This document shows positions 35,796 through 43,969 of a stretch of 64,000 bases of DNA, piece by piece. Numbering within the stretch: the first letter of the stretch is position 1; each line of letters begins with the position of its first letter. The notes under the pieces are model-generated. The model saw only the letters and a program-made list of their open reading frames with translations. It ran no database searches and had not been told where the DNA came from. Made by a program: the position numbers and the translations under genes. Source of the DNA: a candidate division WOR-3 bacterium (lineage in GTDB: Bacteria > Hydrothermota > Tepidihabitantia > SM23-42); assembly GCA_020349965.1 (NCBI GenBank), contig CP070705.1, positions 689,092 to 753,091 of the forward strand, read 5' to 3'.

Positions 35796-36175
35796 AGAAA
35801 TTAAAGATCGGTGACCTTGCCAAGATACGCGACAAGGTGAGAAAAACTGCGGTACTGCGGCAAGGCAAAGCAAGGGCAAAGATAACAGTCCATATGGGAA
35901 CCTGCGGCATTGCGGCCGGCGCTCGTGACATACTTTCCGGCCTGCTCGAGGATATCAAGTCAAAGAAACTAAACGACGTCATCGTAACCACCTCAGGCTG
36001 TGCTGGGCTCTGTAGTAGGGAGCCTATGGCAACAGTCGAGATCACCGGAAAACCTCCGGTCAAATACGTTGATCTGACAACTGAAAAAATGAAAAAAATC
36101 CTCAGCCAGCACGTAATCAAGGGTACTATAGTCAACGAATACGCTCTTGCCATCGGCAGCGAAAGGACACATTGA
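35792..36175 (+). CDS. Thioredoxin-like [2Fe-2S] ferredoxin (HndB/HydD-like)
   Basis: HMGTCGIAAGA, SGCAGLCSREP; AAGGAG SD. Confidence 0.85.
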   Translation: MKKLKIGDLAKIRDKVRKTAVLRQGKARAKITVHMGTCGIAAGARDILSGLLEDIKSKKLNDVIVTTSGCAGLCSREPMATVEITGKPPVKYVDLTTEKMKKILSQHVIKGTIVNEYALAIGSERTH

Positions 36176-36223
36176 CGCCGAACGCTAGACGCCATATGCA
36201 TAGAGCGTCACGCGTTGTGCGTA
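36174..36223. repeat. Inverted 7-mer repeat element, empty form
   Basis: 3x RACGCNN, palindrome TATGCATA, 3x NNGCGTH. Confidence 0.75.
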
Positions 36224-36239
36224 GATCAAGGAGGTTAGT

Positions 36240-39200
36240 TTGAAAGACTTTCGAATGCACTTGCTCGTGTGTGCGGGAACAGGTTGTGTTGCGGCAGGAT
36301 CTTTTGATATCAAGAAGGCACTCGAAAAAGAGATCATCAAGAAAAAACTGCAGAACGAAGTGACGGTCATTGCGACCGGCTGTAATGGATTCTGCGAAAG
36401 AGGGCCCATCGTGGTCGTTCAGCCCGACGGCGTGTTCTATCAACGGTTGAAGACGGATGACATACCTCACCTCGTCGAAGAACACCTGCTTAAAGGGCGG
36501 CCCGTCAAGGACCTGATGTATGTTCCTCCGGCCGAAGCAAAACCAGTGCCGAGGATGATGGACATCAGATTTTTCAAACACCAGCGACTAATCGTGCTTA
36601 AGAACCGCGGACGCATCGATCCAGAAAATATCGACGAATATATCGCATTTGACGGATACCGCGCACTTGAAAAGGCACTGACCGACATGAAACCGGATGA
36701 CATCATCCGTGAAGTCAAGGCATCGGGACTCAGAGGTCGCGGTGGCGCCGGCTTTCCGACCGGCTTGAAGTGGGAATTATGCGGGAAGGTACAGAACGGC
36801 CCGAAGTATGTAGTCTGCAATGCTGATGAGGGCGACCCCGGTGCATTTATGGATCGCAGCATCCTCGAAGCGGACCCCCATGCCGTCCTTGAAGGAATGA
36901 TTCTCGGCGCGAGGGCGATCGGTGCTGGAAAAGGTTTCATCTATGTTCGCACCGAATATCCGCTCGCCCTGCAGAGAATAAAGATCGCAATCGAACAAGC
37001 CGAGAAATACGGCTTGCTTGGCAAGAACATACTCGACTCCGGATTCGACTTCTCGATTGAGGTCAAACGTGGTGCCGGTGCATTCGTCTCCGGCGAAGAA
37101 ACGTCATTATTGGCGGCGATCGAAGGCAAGATTGGCATTCCCAAGCAACGTCCCCCCTACCCGGTGCAGAAAGGACTGTGGAAGAGACCGACCAATATCA
37201 ACAACGTCGAGACGTGGGCAAACGTGCCCCATATCATACTTCGCGGCGCACACTGGTACTCTGAGATAGGAACCGAAGGCAGCAAAGGAACGAAAATTTT
37301 CTCCCTCGTCGGGAAAATAAACAACACCGGACTCGTTGAAGTACCCATGGGCATTACCATGAAAGATATCATATACGAAATCGGCGGCGGCATCCCCGGC
37401 AATAAGCAGATAAAAGCTGTTCAGACCGGGGGTCCATCAGGCGGCTGTATACCCAAGCAAATGCTCGATCTGCCAATCGACTATGAAAGCCTTAAAGGAG
37501 CAGGATCCATGATGGGGAGCGGCGGAATGATCGTCATGGATGAAGATACCTGTATGGTCGATGTTGCAAAATATTTCATGAATTTTCTACGAGACGAATC
37601 ATGCGGCAAATGCCTGTCGTGCCGTGAGGGTACGCAAAGAATATGGGAAATCCTTGACCGTATAACAAAAGGGAAAGGCAAACCGGACGACATCTCCCTG
37701 CTCAGAGAGTTGGCCACCGCAACAAAGGACGCATCGATGTGCGGCCTCGGACAGACTGCTGCAAATCCGGTAATGAGCACGCTCAACTATTTTGCCGATG
37801 AGTACGAAGCACATATCAAGTACAAGAAGTGCTCTGCCGCCGTGTGCAAGCAGATAATCTCTTCACCATGCCAGCATACATGTCCGATCGCCACCGAAGC
37901 CCCCCAGTACATCGCATACCTCGCACATGGCGAGTTCGAAAAAGCATACGAAATCATCTTGAAGGATAACCCGCTACTCAATGTCTGCGCGCGCGTCTGC
38001 CACCACCCGTGTGAGATCAAGTGCCGCGCCGGTCAGGGCGGAAGACCGATTGCCATCCGTGCACTCAAACGCGCTGCCATCGAGTACAGCAATGGCAGGA
38101 AACGTAAGAAACCACGGATTGCGACCGGTCCGAAAGTCGCAATCATAGGTTCAGGACCGTCAGGACTCATGGCTGGGTTCGCGCTTGCCCAAGAAGGTTG
38201 TGCGCCGACGATCTTCGAAGCCCTACCCGTCGCCGGCGGCATGCTCGCAGTCGGCATACCGGCATATCGTCTACCGAGAAAGGCACTCGAAGAGGACATC
38301 AAACGCGTGATCAATGCCGGCGTCGAGATAAAAACGAACCAGAAACTGGGTAGAGACTTCACTCTTGAACGACTTAGAGACCAGGGTTACAAGGCAGTGT
38401 ACATAAGCATCGGCGCGCATAGGAGCATCAAGCTCGGCATCCCCAATGAGGAATCCACTGGTGTGATACCAGCAATGCACTTTCTGACACAGGTCAGCCT
38501 TGGCAAGAAGGTCGTCGTTGGTCAGAGGGTCGGAGTGATCGGCGGGGGCAACTCTGCGGTCGACGCCGCCCGGGTGGCGAACCGCCTGCGCAATGTCCAA
38601 AAAGTCACCATCATATACCGAAGAACAAGAAATGAAATGCCTGCGTATGCCGAGGAGATCGAATGCGCACTCGAAGAAGGTATAGACATCCTGTTTCTGA
38701 CCGCACCGACCGAAGTTATCACCAGAGACGGTTGCATAACCGGGGTCAGGTGCATGAAGATGCAGCTCGGGTCCGTCGAGAAAGATGGCAGGCGGCGGCC
38801 GATTCCGATCAAAGGTTCTGAATTCGTCATCGAACTCGATACACTCATCTCGGCAATCAGCGAACAGCCGGACATCTCTTTTCTCCCAGAAAAACACGAC
38901 TTTAATATTACCGGATGGAATACTTTTGAGGTCGACCGAGAATCACTTGCGACGAACGTGCCGGGGGTATTCGCCGGTGGTGACGCGATACGCGGGCCCA
39001 GTTCGGTCATAGAAGCAATGGCCGACGGCAAACGAGTGGCTGCTGCAATCAGCAGATATCTAAAAAATGAGCCCTTCGAGTACGAATATGAAGTCACCAG
39101 GCCCTCTGTTTATGTCGACCCCGTGAAATTGACGGTCGAAGAGACTCTCGAAAGTACCCGTCAGGAAACGAAGAAGCTAAAATCGGCAGTCCGCCGCAAG

Positions 39201-39311
39201 AGTAATGATGAGGTCGATCTCGGACTGAGTAAGAGTGCCGCAATCAAAGAAGCAAAACGCTGTTTAAGATGCGATCTGGAAGTCAAAGAGGAAGATGAAA
39301 AGGAGCAATAA
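36240..39311 (+). CDS. NuoF/HydB-like NAD(H)-FMN subunit fused to a GltD/NfnB-like FAD-NAD(P)H domain
   Basis: VCAGTGC/GCNGFC [2Fe-2S]; GRGGAGFPTG, NADEGDPGAFMDR, GGPSG, CGKCLSC..CGLG; then PCQHTCP..CARVCHHPCEIKC, GSGPSG, GGGNSA, YRRT, GGDAIRGP, CLRC. Confidence 0.93.
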   Translation: MKDFRMHLLVCAGTGCVAAGSFDIKKALEKEIIKKKLQNEVTVIATGCNGFCERGPIVVVQPDGVFYQRLKTDDIPHLVEEHLLKGRPVKDLMYVPPAEAKPVPRMMDIRFFKHQRLIVLKNRGRIDPENIDEYIAFDGYRALEKALTDMKPDDIIREVKASGLRGRGGAGFPTGLKWELCGKVQNGPKYVVCNADEGDPGAFMDRSILEADPHAVLEGMILGARAIGAGKGFIYVRTEYPLALQRIKIAIEQAEKYGLLGKNILDSGFDFSIEVKRGAGAFVSGEETSLLAAIEGKIGIPKQRPPYPVQKGLWKRPTNINNVETWANVPHIILRGAHWYSEIGTEGSKGTKIFSLVGKINNTGLVEVPMGITMKDIIYEIGGGIPGNKQIKAVQTGGPSGGCIPKQMLDLPIDYESLKGAGSMMGSGGMIVMDEDTCMVDVAKYFMNFLRDESCGKCLSCREGTQRIWEILDRITKGKGKPDDISLLRELATATKDASMCGLGQTAANPVMSTLNYFADEYEAHIKYKKCSAAVCKQIISSPCQHTCPIATEAPQYIAYLAHGEFEKAYEIILKDNPLLNVCARVCHHPCEIKCRAGQGGRPIAIRALKRAAIEYSNGRKRKKPRIATGPKVAIIGSGPSGLMAGFALAQEGCAPTIFEALPVAGGMLAVGIPAYRLPRKALEEDIKRVINAGVEIKTNQKLGRDFTLERLRDQGYKAVYISIGAHRSIKLGIPNEESTGVIPAMHFLTQVSLGKKVVVGQRVGVIGGGNSAVDAARVANRLRNVQKVTIIYRRTRNEMPAYAEEIECALEEGIDILFLTAPTEVITRDGCITGVRCMKMQLGSVEKDGRRRPIPIKGSEFVIELDTLISAISEQPDISFLPEKHDFNITGWNTFEVDRESLATNVPGVFAGGDAIRGPSSVIEAMADGKRVAAAISRYLKNEPFEYEYEVTRPSVYVDPVKLTVEETLESTRQETKKLKSAVRRKSNDEVDLGLSKSAAIKEAKRCLRCDLEVKEEDEKEQ

Positions 39312-40051
39312 TGGTAAGTCTTATTTTAAACGGACTTGAAGTTCAGGCCGAAGAAGGTTCAACGGTCCTCGAAACGTGCAGGTTCTACGGAATTGAGATA
39401 CCTACACTCTGCTACAACGAAGGGCTCCAGCCGTACGGGGGGTGCCGCCTCTGTTTGGTTGAGATCGGAACCGGAGATAATAGCAAACTGGTCAGCTCAT
39501 GTACGTATCCGGTCGAAGAAGGGCTGAACGTTCGTACCAATACCAAACGAGTCGTCAGTGCACGCAAGATGATGATCGAACTACTCGTTTCGGTATGCCC
39601 GCAGTCAAAGACCATCCAGGATCTGGCATCGAAATACCACGTTACGCAAGTGCGTTTTCCGGCTCGTAATGACGACTGTATCCTGTGTGGTCTTTGTGTA
39701 AGGATGTGCAAGGAACAGATGCAATCCGGTGCAATCGGCTTCACCGAACGCGGATTCAAGAAGAAGATCGTCACGCCATTCAACGCCAGGTCAGAGCAGT
39801 GCCGTTTGTGCGGCGGCTGTATCTACGTCTGCCCTGCTTGCCAGATGAGATGCCAAGGTCCGGATGCTCCAACCGACCTTTGCAGCGGGTGCCTATCACT
39901 GGAGCCTTCCTGCATTCAGACGCATGACGACTACCAGTGCTGGATGGGCACAACTGGCGACTGCGGGACCTGTGAAGGACGGCCGGATCAAAGGACGCGA
40001 GACGCAAAACGCTCGACGCCCAACGCAAAAAATAATGCATCGAGTAAATGA
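39311..40051 (+). CDS. NuoG/HydA N-terminal-like FeS protein without catalytic domain
   Basis: PTLC..GGCRLC..SC [2Fe-2S]; CILCGLCVRMC and CRLCGGCIYVCP; 8 further C-terminal Cys. Confidence 0.85.
   Translation: MVSLILNGLEVQAEEGSTVLETCRFYGIEIPTLCYNEGLQPYGGCRLCLVEIGTGDNSKLVSSCTYPVEEGLNVRTNTKRVVSARKMMIELLVSVCPQSKTIQDLASKYHVTQVRFPARNDDCILCGLCVRMCKEQMQSGAIGFTERGFKKKIVTPFNARSEQCRLCGGCIYVCPACQMRCQGPDAPTDLCSGCLSLEPSCIQTHDDYQCWMGTTGDCGTCEGRPDQRTRDAKRSTPNAKNNASSK
39994..40028 (+). repeat. Tandem 7-mer array (left arm)
   Basis: GACGCGA GACGCAA AACGCTC GACGCCC AACGCAA. Confidence 0.8.
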
Positions 40052-40072
40052 ATGCATCAAAAGGGCCAAATC

Positions 40073-40483
40073 ATGTATTCTTTTGAGAAATTAGAAATAT
40101 GGCAGCTATCATTGGATCTTGCAGAGAAGATATGTCAGATGTCTACGGAATTACCTGATGACGGAAAATTCGGATTAATAAGCAAACTTAAGAGAGCATC
40201 GGTGTCTATAACTCTCAATATTGCAGAAGGAAGAGGGTCTGACAGCGATGCAGAGTTCAGGAGATTTCTGGGAATTGCCCTCAAATCATTGATTGAGGTT
40301 GTCGCCTGTCTGAAAATCTGTGAGAGGCTGCAATCCCTTGACCAAACGATTGTATCAGATACATGTGCATTTTGTGATAAGATTGAAGCAAAGATTCGAA
40401 AATTTAGAAACGCGCTCAGTGCCGGACGAAACACACACAAAGCAAAACGCGTTAGGCGTAAGGCGTCGAGCGTAAAGCGTTAA
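40073..40483 (+). CDS. Four-helix-bundle protein (23S rRNA IVS / TIGR02436-like family)
   Basis: FEKLEIWQ, KFGLISKLKRASVSITLNIAEG, FRRFLGIALKSLIEV. Confidence 0.9.
   Translation: MYSFEKLEIWQLSLDLAEKICQMSTELPDDGKFGLISKLKRASVSITLNIAEGRGSDSDAEFRRFLGIALKSLIEVVACLKICERLQSLDQTIVSDTCAFCDKIEAKIRKFRNALSAGRNTHKAKRVRRKASSVKR
40447..40481 (+). repeat. Tandem 7-mer array (right arm, inverted relative to left)
   Basis: ACGCGTT AGGCGTA AGGCGTC GAGCGTA AAGCGTT. Confidence 0.8.
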
Positions 40484-40499
40484 GTCGAAAGGAGAAAAA

Positions 40500-42083
40500 A
40501 TGCCCTCATTATCAAGAATGAATGCCTCTGCGGCAACATTAACAAAGAATAGAACAGAAGATTCGATCGTACCATTGAGTGGAATGTGCGTTACCTGTGT
40601 TGATGGGTGTATCGGCATGTGTGAGATCGGCAAGTCGGCGTACCGCGGCCATGAGGTGATCTACCCACAGCCCTTCGGCATCCTGACTGCGGCATCTGAA
40701 AAGAACTATCCGGTGGATTATTCTCACTTCAATATCATGGGCACGGCAGTAGGCGCCATTGGAGTCGATGCCGATCCAGACAAAGCGATATTCCCGAACG
40801 TCATGATCGAGCAGAAGATCGGCGCGAACAGCGATATCAAGCTTAAGTTCCCAATGGTCGTCCCGGGACTAGGGTCGACGAATGTCGCCAAGAATAACTG
40901 GGAAGGATTGGCGATCGGTACCGCATTATCAGGAGCCATGTTGACGATCGGTGAGAACGTCGTTGCAATGGACATGAAGAGTGAGATCAAGGGCGGCAAG
41001 ATACTCAGAGCACCGGATCTTGAACATCGCGTGAAATTGTATAAAGACTGGCAGCAGGACGGGTACGGCATGATCATCGTTCAAGCCAATGTCGAGGATA
41101 CCCGTCTGGGTGTACAGGAATTCGCCATTCAGAAATTGGGTGTTGAGACGGTCGAGTTGAAATGGGGACAGGGTGCAAAAGACATCGGCGGCGAAGTGAA
41201 GGTCAAAGACCTCAAGAAAGCACAGGAACTTCGGAAGCGTGGATATGTCGTGCTTCCCGATCCATTAGATCCTGATGTTATCGAAGCCTTTGAGCACAAA
41301 ACATTTACCGAGTTCGAAAGGCATTCCAGGATAGGAATGGTTGACGAAGAATCCTTCATGAAGCGGGTTGAAGAACTGCGCAACGCAGGCGCCAAGCATG
41401 TATTCCTGAAGACCGGCGCTTATCGACCTGCAGATCTGGCACGAGCGGTCAAGTACTCATCAAGAGCAAAGATCGATCTACTCACAATTGACGGTGCAGG
41501 CGGCGGAACGGGCATGAGTCCGTGGCATATGATGAACGAATGGGGTATGCCTCCGGTTGAGATCCATTCCCTGGCATTCTGCTACACCGACAAGCTAGCC
41601 AAGAAAGGCGAATATGTTCCCTCGCTGGCATTTGCCGGCGGCATCGCCTTTGAAGACCAGATCTTCAAGGCGCTTGCCTTAGGAGCTCCTTACACGAAGA
41701 TCGTCGGAATGGCCAGGGGCCCTCTGTGTGCAGCAATGGTCGGAAAGACCATCGGCAAGAAGATCGATGAAGGTGAAATACCGGTGTTCGTCGAGCGTTT
41801 CGGAAACAAGAAAGAGGAAATCTTCGTTACTGCGTCAAAGCTTAAGAAGGAATTGGGTAAGGATTTCGACAGAGTGCCACCAGGTGCACTGGGCGTCTAC
41901 ACCTACGTGGAGAGAATGGCACAAGGGTTGAAACAGCTGATGACCGGTAACCGGAAGTTCGCGTTGAAATACATCACGCGAGATGACATCGCCTCGCTCA
42001 CCAAAGATGCAGCGAATATATCCGGGATTCCTTATGTTATGGACGTGGATAAAGACGAGGTCGAGAAAATACTGAATGGATAA
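40500..42083 (+). CDS. Stand-alone FMN-binding glutamate-synthase-family protein
   Basis: ELKWGQGAK, TIDGAGGGTGMSP, AGGIAFEDQIFKALALGA match the GltS FMN barrel; N-terminal CVTCVDGCIGMC; AAGGAG SD. Confidence 0.85.
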   Translation: MPSLSRMNASAATLTKNRTEDSIVPLSGMCVTCVDGCIGMCEIGKSAYRGHEVIYPQPFGILTAASEKNYPVDYSHFNIMGTAVGAIGVDADPDKAIFPNVMIEQKIGANSDIKLKFPMVVPGLGSTNVAKNNWEGLAIGTALSGAMLTIGENVVAMDMKSEIKGGKILRAPDLEHRVKLYKDWQQDGYGMIIVQANVEDTRLGVQEFAIQKLGVETVELKWGQGAKDIGGEVKVKDLKKAQELRKRGYVVLPDPLDPDVIEAFEHKTFTEFERHSRIGMVDEESFMKRVEELRNAGAKHVFLKTGAYRPADLARAVKYSSRAKIDLLTIDGAGGGTGMSPWHMMNEWGMPPVEIHSLAFCYTDKLAKKGEYVPSLAFAGGIAFEDQIFKALALGAPYTKIVGMARGPLCAAMVGKTIGKKIDEGEIPVFVERFGNKKEEIFVTASKLKKELGKDFDRVPPGALGVYTYVERMAQGLKQLMTGNRKFALKYITRDDIASLTKDAANISGIPYVMDVDKDEVEKILNG

Positions 42084-42094
42084 CTTGCACCGTT

Positions 42095-42167
42095 GACGGA
42101 TGACGGATATCAAATAACAGATATCTAATATCTATCGTCAGTCGTCAGTCGTCCGTTATCCAGTATC
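42095..42167. repeat. 7-mer repeat hairpin between convergent genes (possible terminator)
   Basis: GACGGAT x2, GATATC twice, then TATCGTC AGTCGTC AGTCGTC CGTTATC CAGTATC. Confidence 0.6.
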
Positions 42168-42171
42168 GATC

Positions 42172-42471
42172 TTATTCTGCCCTGGTCCTTTCCTGAATAA
42201 GAGCTTTGAATATTTTCGACGGCCGGAAGAAAGGCACATAACGGTCGGCAAGCGTATACACGGTGCCGCTCTTGGGTGCTTTCGCTGTTCGGCCCGGCCT
42301 CTTTCGGAGTTCAAAAGTCCCGAACCTGCGCAACTCGACTCTCTTCTTCTGAATCAGTATTTCAAAAAGCGTATCCAAGAACGTATCGATAAGCTTCTCG
42401 ATGTCTGTTTTGGTATACGCCGGTCCAATCTTCTCGGCGATTTTTTCGATCAAAAATTCCCTTCGCATCAT
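42172..42471 (-). CDS. hup: HU/IHF family DNA-binding protein
   Basis: VELRRFGTFELRKRPGRTAKAP, PFFRPSKIFK; AGGAGG SD. Confidence 0.9.
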   Translation of the reverse strand: MMRREFLIEKIAEKIGPAYTKTDIEKLIDTFLDTLFEILIQKKRVELRRFGTFELRKRPGRTAKAPKSGTVYTLADRYVPFFRPSKIFKALIQERTRAE

Positions 42472-42556
42472 TCCTCCTTAGCTGGTTATTCACTTCTTCA
42501 CGATCCCAATGCAAAAACCCGAGTTGCAGGACCAACCTCACCTTTGCTAACTAACA

Positions 42557-42584
42557 ATTATAACGATACACAGTGAATTGTCAA
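42557..42584 (-). promoter_or_regulatory. sigma70-type promoter of HU gene
   Basis: Minus strand TTGACA-16-TATAAT. Confidence 0.7.
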
Positions 42585-42626
42585 TGCTTTTATCATGAAA
42601 TTACGAACAAAAACGAATATCTCCGC

Positions 42627-42797
42627 TCAAACACCCATCTGTTTCTTCCGTCTCTTTGTCTTCCTCCTTTGCTCCCACGACCTTCGATCTTTACGGGAAA
42701 TTTTACCGGTCTCGATCAATTTTCGGAATTGCTTCTCAGTCAACAACTTGCGCCTCTCCTTCTGACGTCGTTCGCCGACCTTTCTTCTTTCCTTCAT
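42627..42797 (-). CDS. Small (56 aa) very basic protein, absent from ORF track
   Basis: MKERRKVGERRQKERRKLLTEKQFRKLIETGKISRKDRRSWEQRRKTKRRKKQMGV; AGGAGG SD and TTGACA-17-TAGAAT promoter (42815-42843). Confidence 0.7.
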   Translation of the reverse strand: MKERRKVGERRQKERRKLLTEKQFRKLIETGKISRKDRRSWEQRRKTKRRKKQMGV

Positions 42798-42862
42798 GCG
42801 CAACCTCCTACCTAATTCTACACACTACCGCTTACTTTGTCAATCGGATGTACCGATTTCTC

Positions 42863-42890
42863 TTGACTTCGGTACAAAAGCGAATATCAT
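42863..42890 (+). promoter_or_regulatory. sigma70-type promoter of mre operon
   Basis: TTGACT-16-TATCAT; AGGAGG SD before GTG 42914. Confidence 0.55.
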
Positions 42891-42913
42891 TCTAATAAAA
42901 AGGAGGCAGGAAC

Positions 42914-43969
42914 GTGGCGCTCAACATATTCTCACTACTAAAAGGCATTAGGACTCAATTCCTGAGCGATATTGCAATCGACCTCGGTACGCGAACGACC
43001 CTCATTTATGTCAACGGCCGGGGCATCGTTCTTGATGAACCTACGGTTGTCGCCATAGACACCAAAACCAAGAAATGTCTTGCCATCGGAAACGAAGCTA
43101 AACAGATGCTCGGGAGAACCCCGAACGAGATAAAAGCCATCCGGCCCATGAAAGATGGCGTCATTGCGGATTTTGAAATGGTAGAGCTACTGCTCCGCAT
43201 TTACATCGAAAGAGTCCAGAAGAAAAGACTTTTCACGCGTCCACGCGTTCTGATTTGTGTGCCGTCCGGAATCACCGAGGTGGAAAAGAGAGCCGTACGG
43301 GATTCCGCAGAAGCTGCCGGCGCACGAGAGGTCTTTCTCGTTCCCGAACCGATCTCGGCAGCAATTGGCATCGGATTGCCAGTACATTCACCCATGGGCA
43401 ACATGATCGTCGATATCGGAGGCGGCACAACGGAGATCGCGGTCATCGCACTTTCAGGGATCGTTACAAACAGCTCAATCCGCATTGCCGGCGATGAAAT
43501 GGATGATTCCATCGTCCAATACATCAAGAAGAATTATAATCTGATAATCGGTGAGCAAAGCGCAGAGAACATAAAGATAGGAATCGGCAACGCATTTCCG
43601 ACGGTCGAGGAAAAAGCACTGGAAGTGAAAGGAAGGGACCTCGTTTCAGGAATACCAAAAACAGTAAAACTGACCAGCCACGAAGTCAGAGAAGCAATTC
43701 AGGAACCGCTATCAATGATATCAGAAACGATACGTCTCACCCTCGAAAAAACACCACCGGAACTTGCCGCCGACATTGTTAACAACGGGATCTATATGGC
43801 GGGCGGCGGTTCACTCTTACGAGGCATCGACACGCTTGTCCGCGAAGAAACGAACCTCCCGGTCACAATAGCCGATGAACCGAATAAAGTGGTCGTTATA
43901 GGCGCGGGCAAGATTCTTGAAGATTTGAACCGATATGAGAAAGTAATTTATACAATGAAGAGAGCATAG
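42914..43969 (+). CDS. mreB: Rod shape-determining actin homologue MreB
   Basis: IAIDLGT, RPMKDGVIADF, VPSGITEVEKRAV, DIGGGTTE, AGGGSLL. Confidence 0.97.
   Translation: MALNIFSLLKGIRTQFLSDIAIDLGTRTTLIYVNGRGIVLDEPTVVAIDTKTKKCLAIGNEAKQMLGRTPNEIKAIRPMKDGVIADFEMVELLLRIYIERVQKKRLFTRPRVLICVPSGITEVEKRAVRDSAEAAGAREVFLVPEPISAAIGIGLPVHSPMGNMIVDIGGGTTEIAVIALSGIVTNSSIRIAGDEMDDSIVQYIKKNYNLIIGEQSAENIKIGIGNAFPTVEEKALEVKGRDLVSGIPKTVKLTSHEVREAIQEPLSMISETIRLTLEKTPPELAADIVNNGIYMAGGGSLLRGIDTLVREETNLPVTIADEPNKVVVIGAGKILEDLNRYEKVIYTMKRA

Noticed and set aside
31531-40051. Calling the nuoE/F/G-like genes respiratory complex I
   Set aside because: No membrane or NuoBCD subunits; fusion and context fit soluble HydABC/Bfu-type enzymes
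39994-40483. Diversity-generating retroelement (Avd-like gene)
   Set aside because: No reverse transcriptase and no TR/VR pair differing at adenines seen in the window
31531-42083. Selenocysteine read-through in the redox genes
   Set aside because: All motifs are complete with Cys; no in-frame TGA interrupts a domain
36174-42167. CRISPR array interpretation of the short repeats
   Set aside because: Units are 7 bp and tandem with no unique spacers; no cas genes
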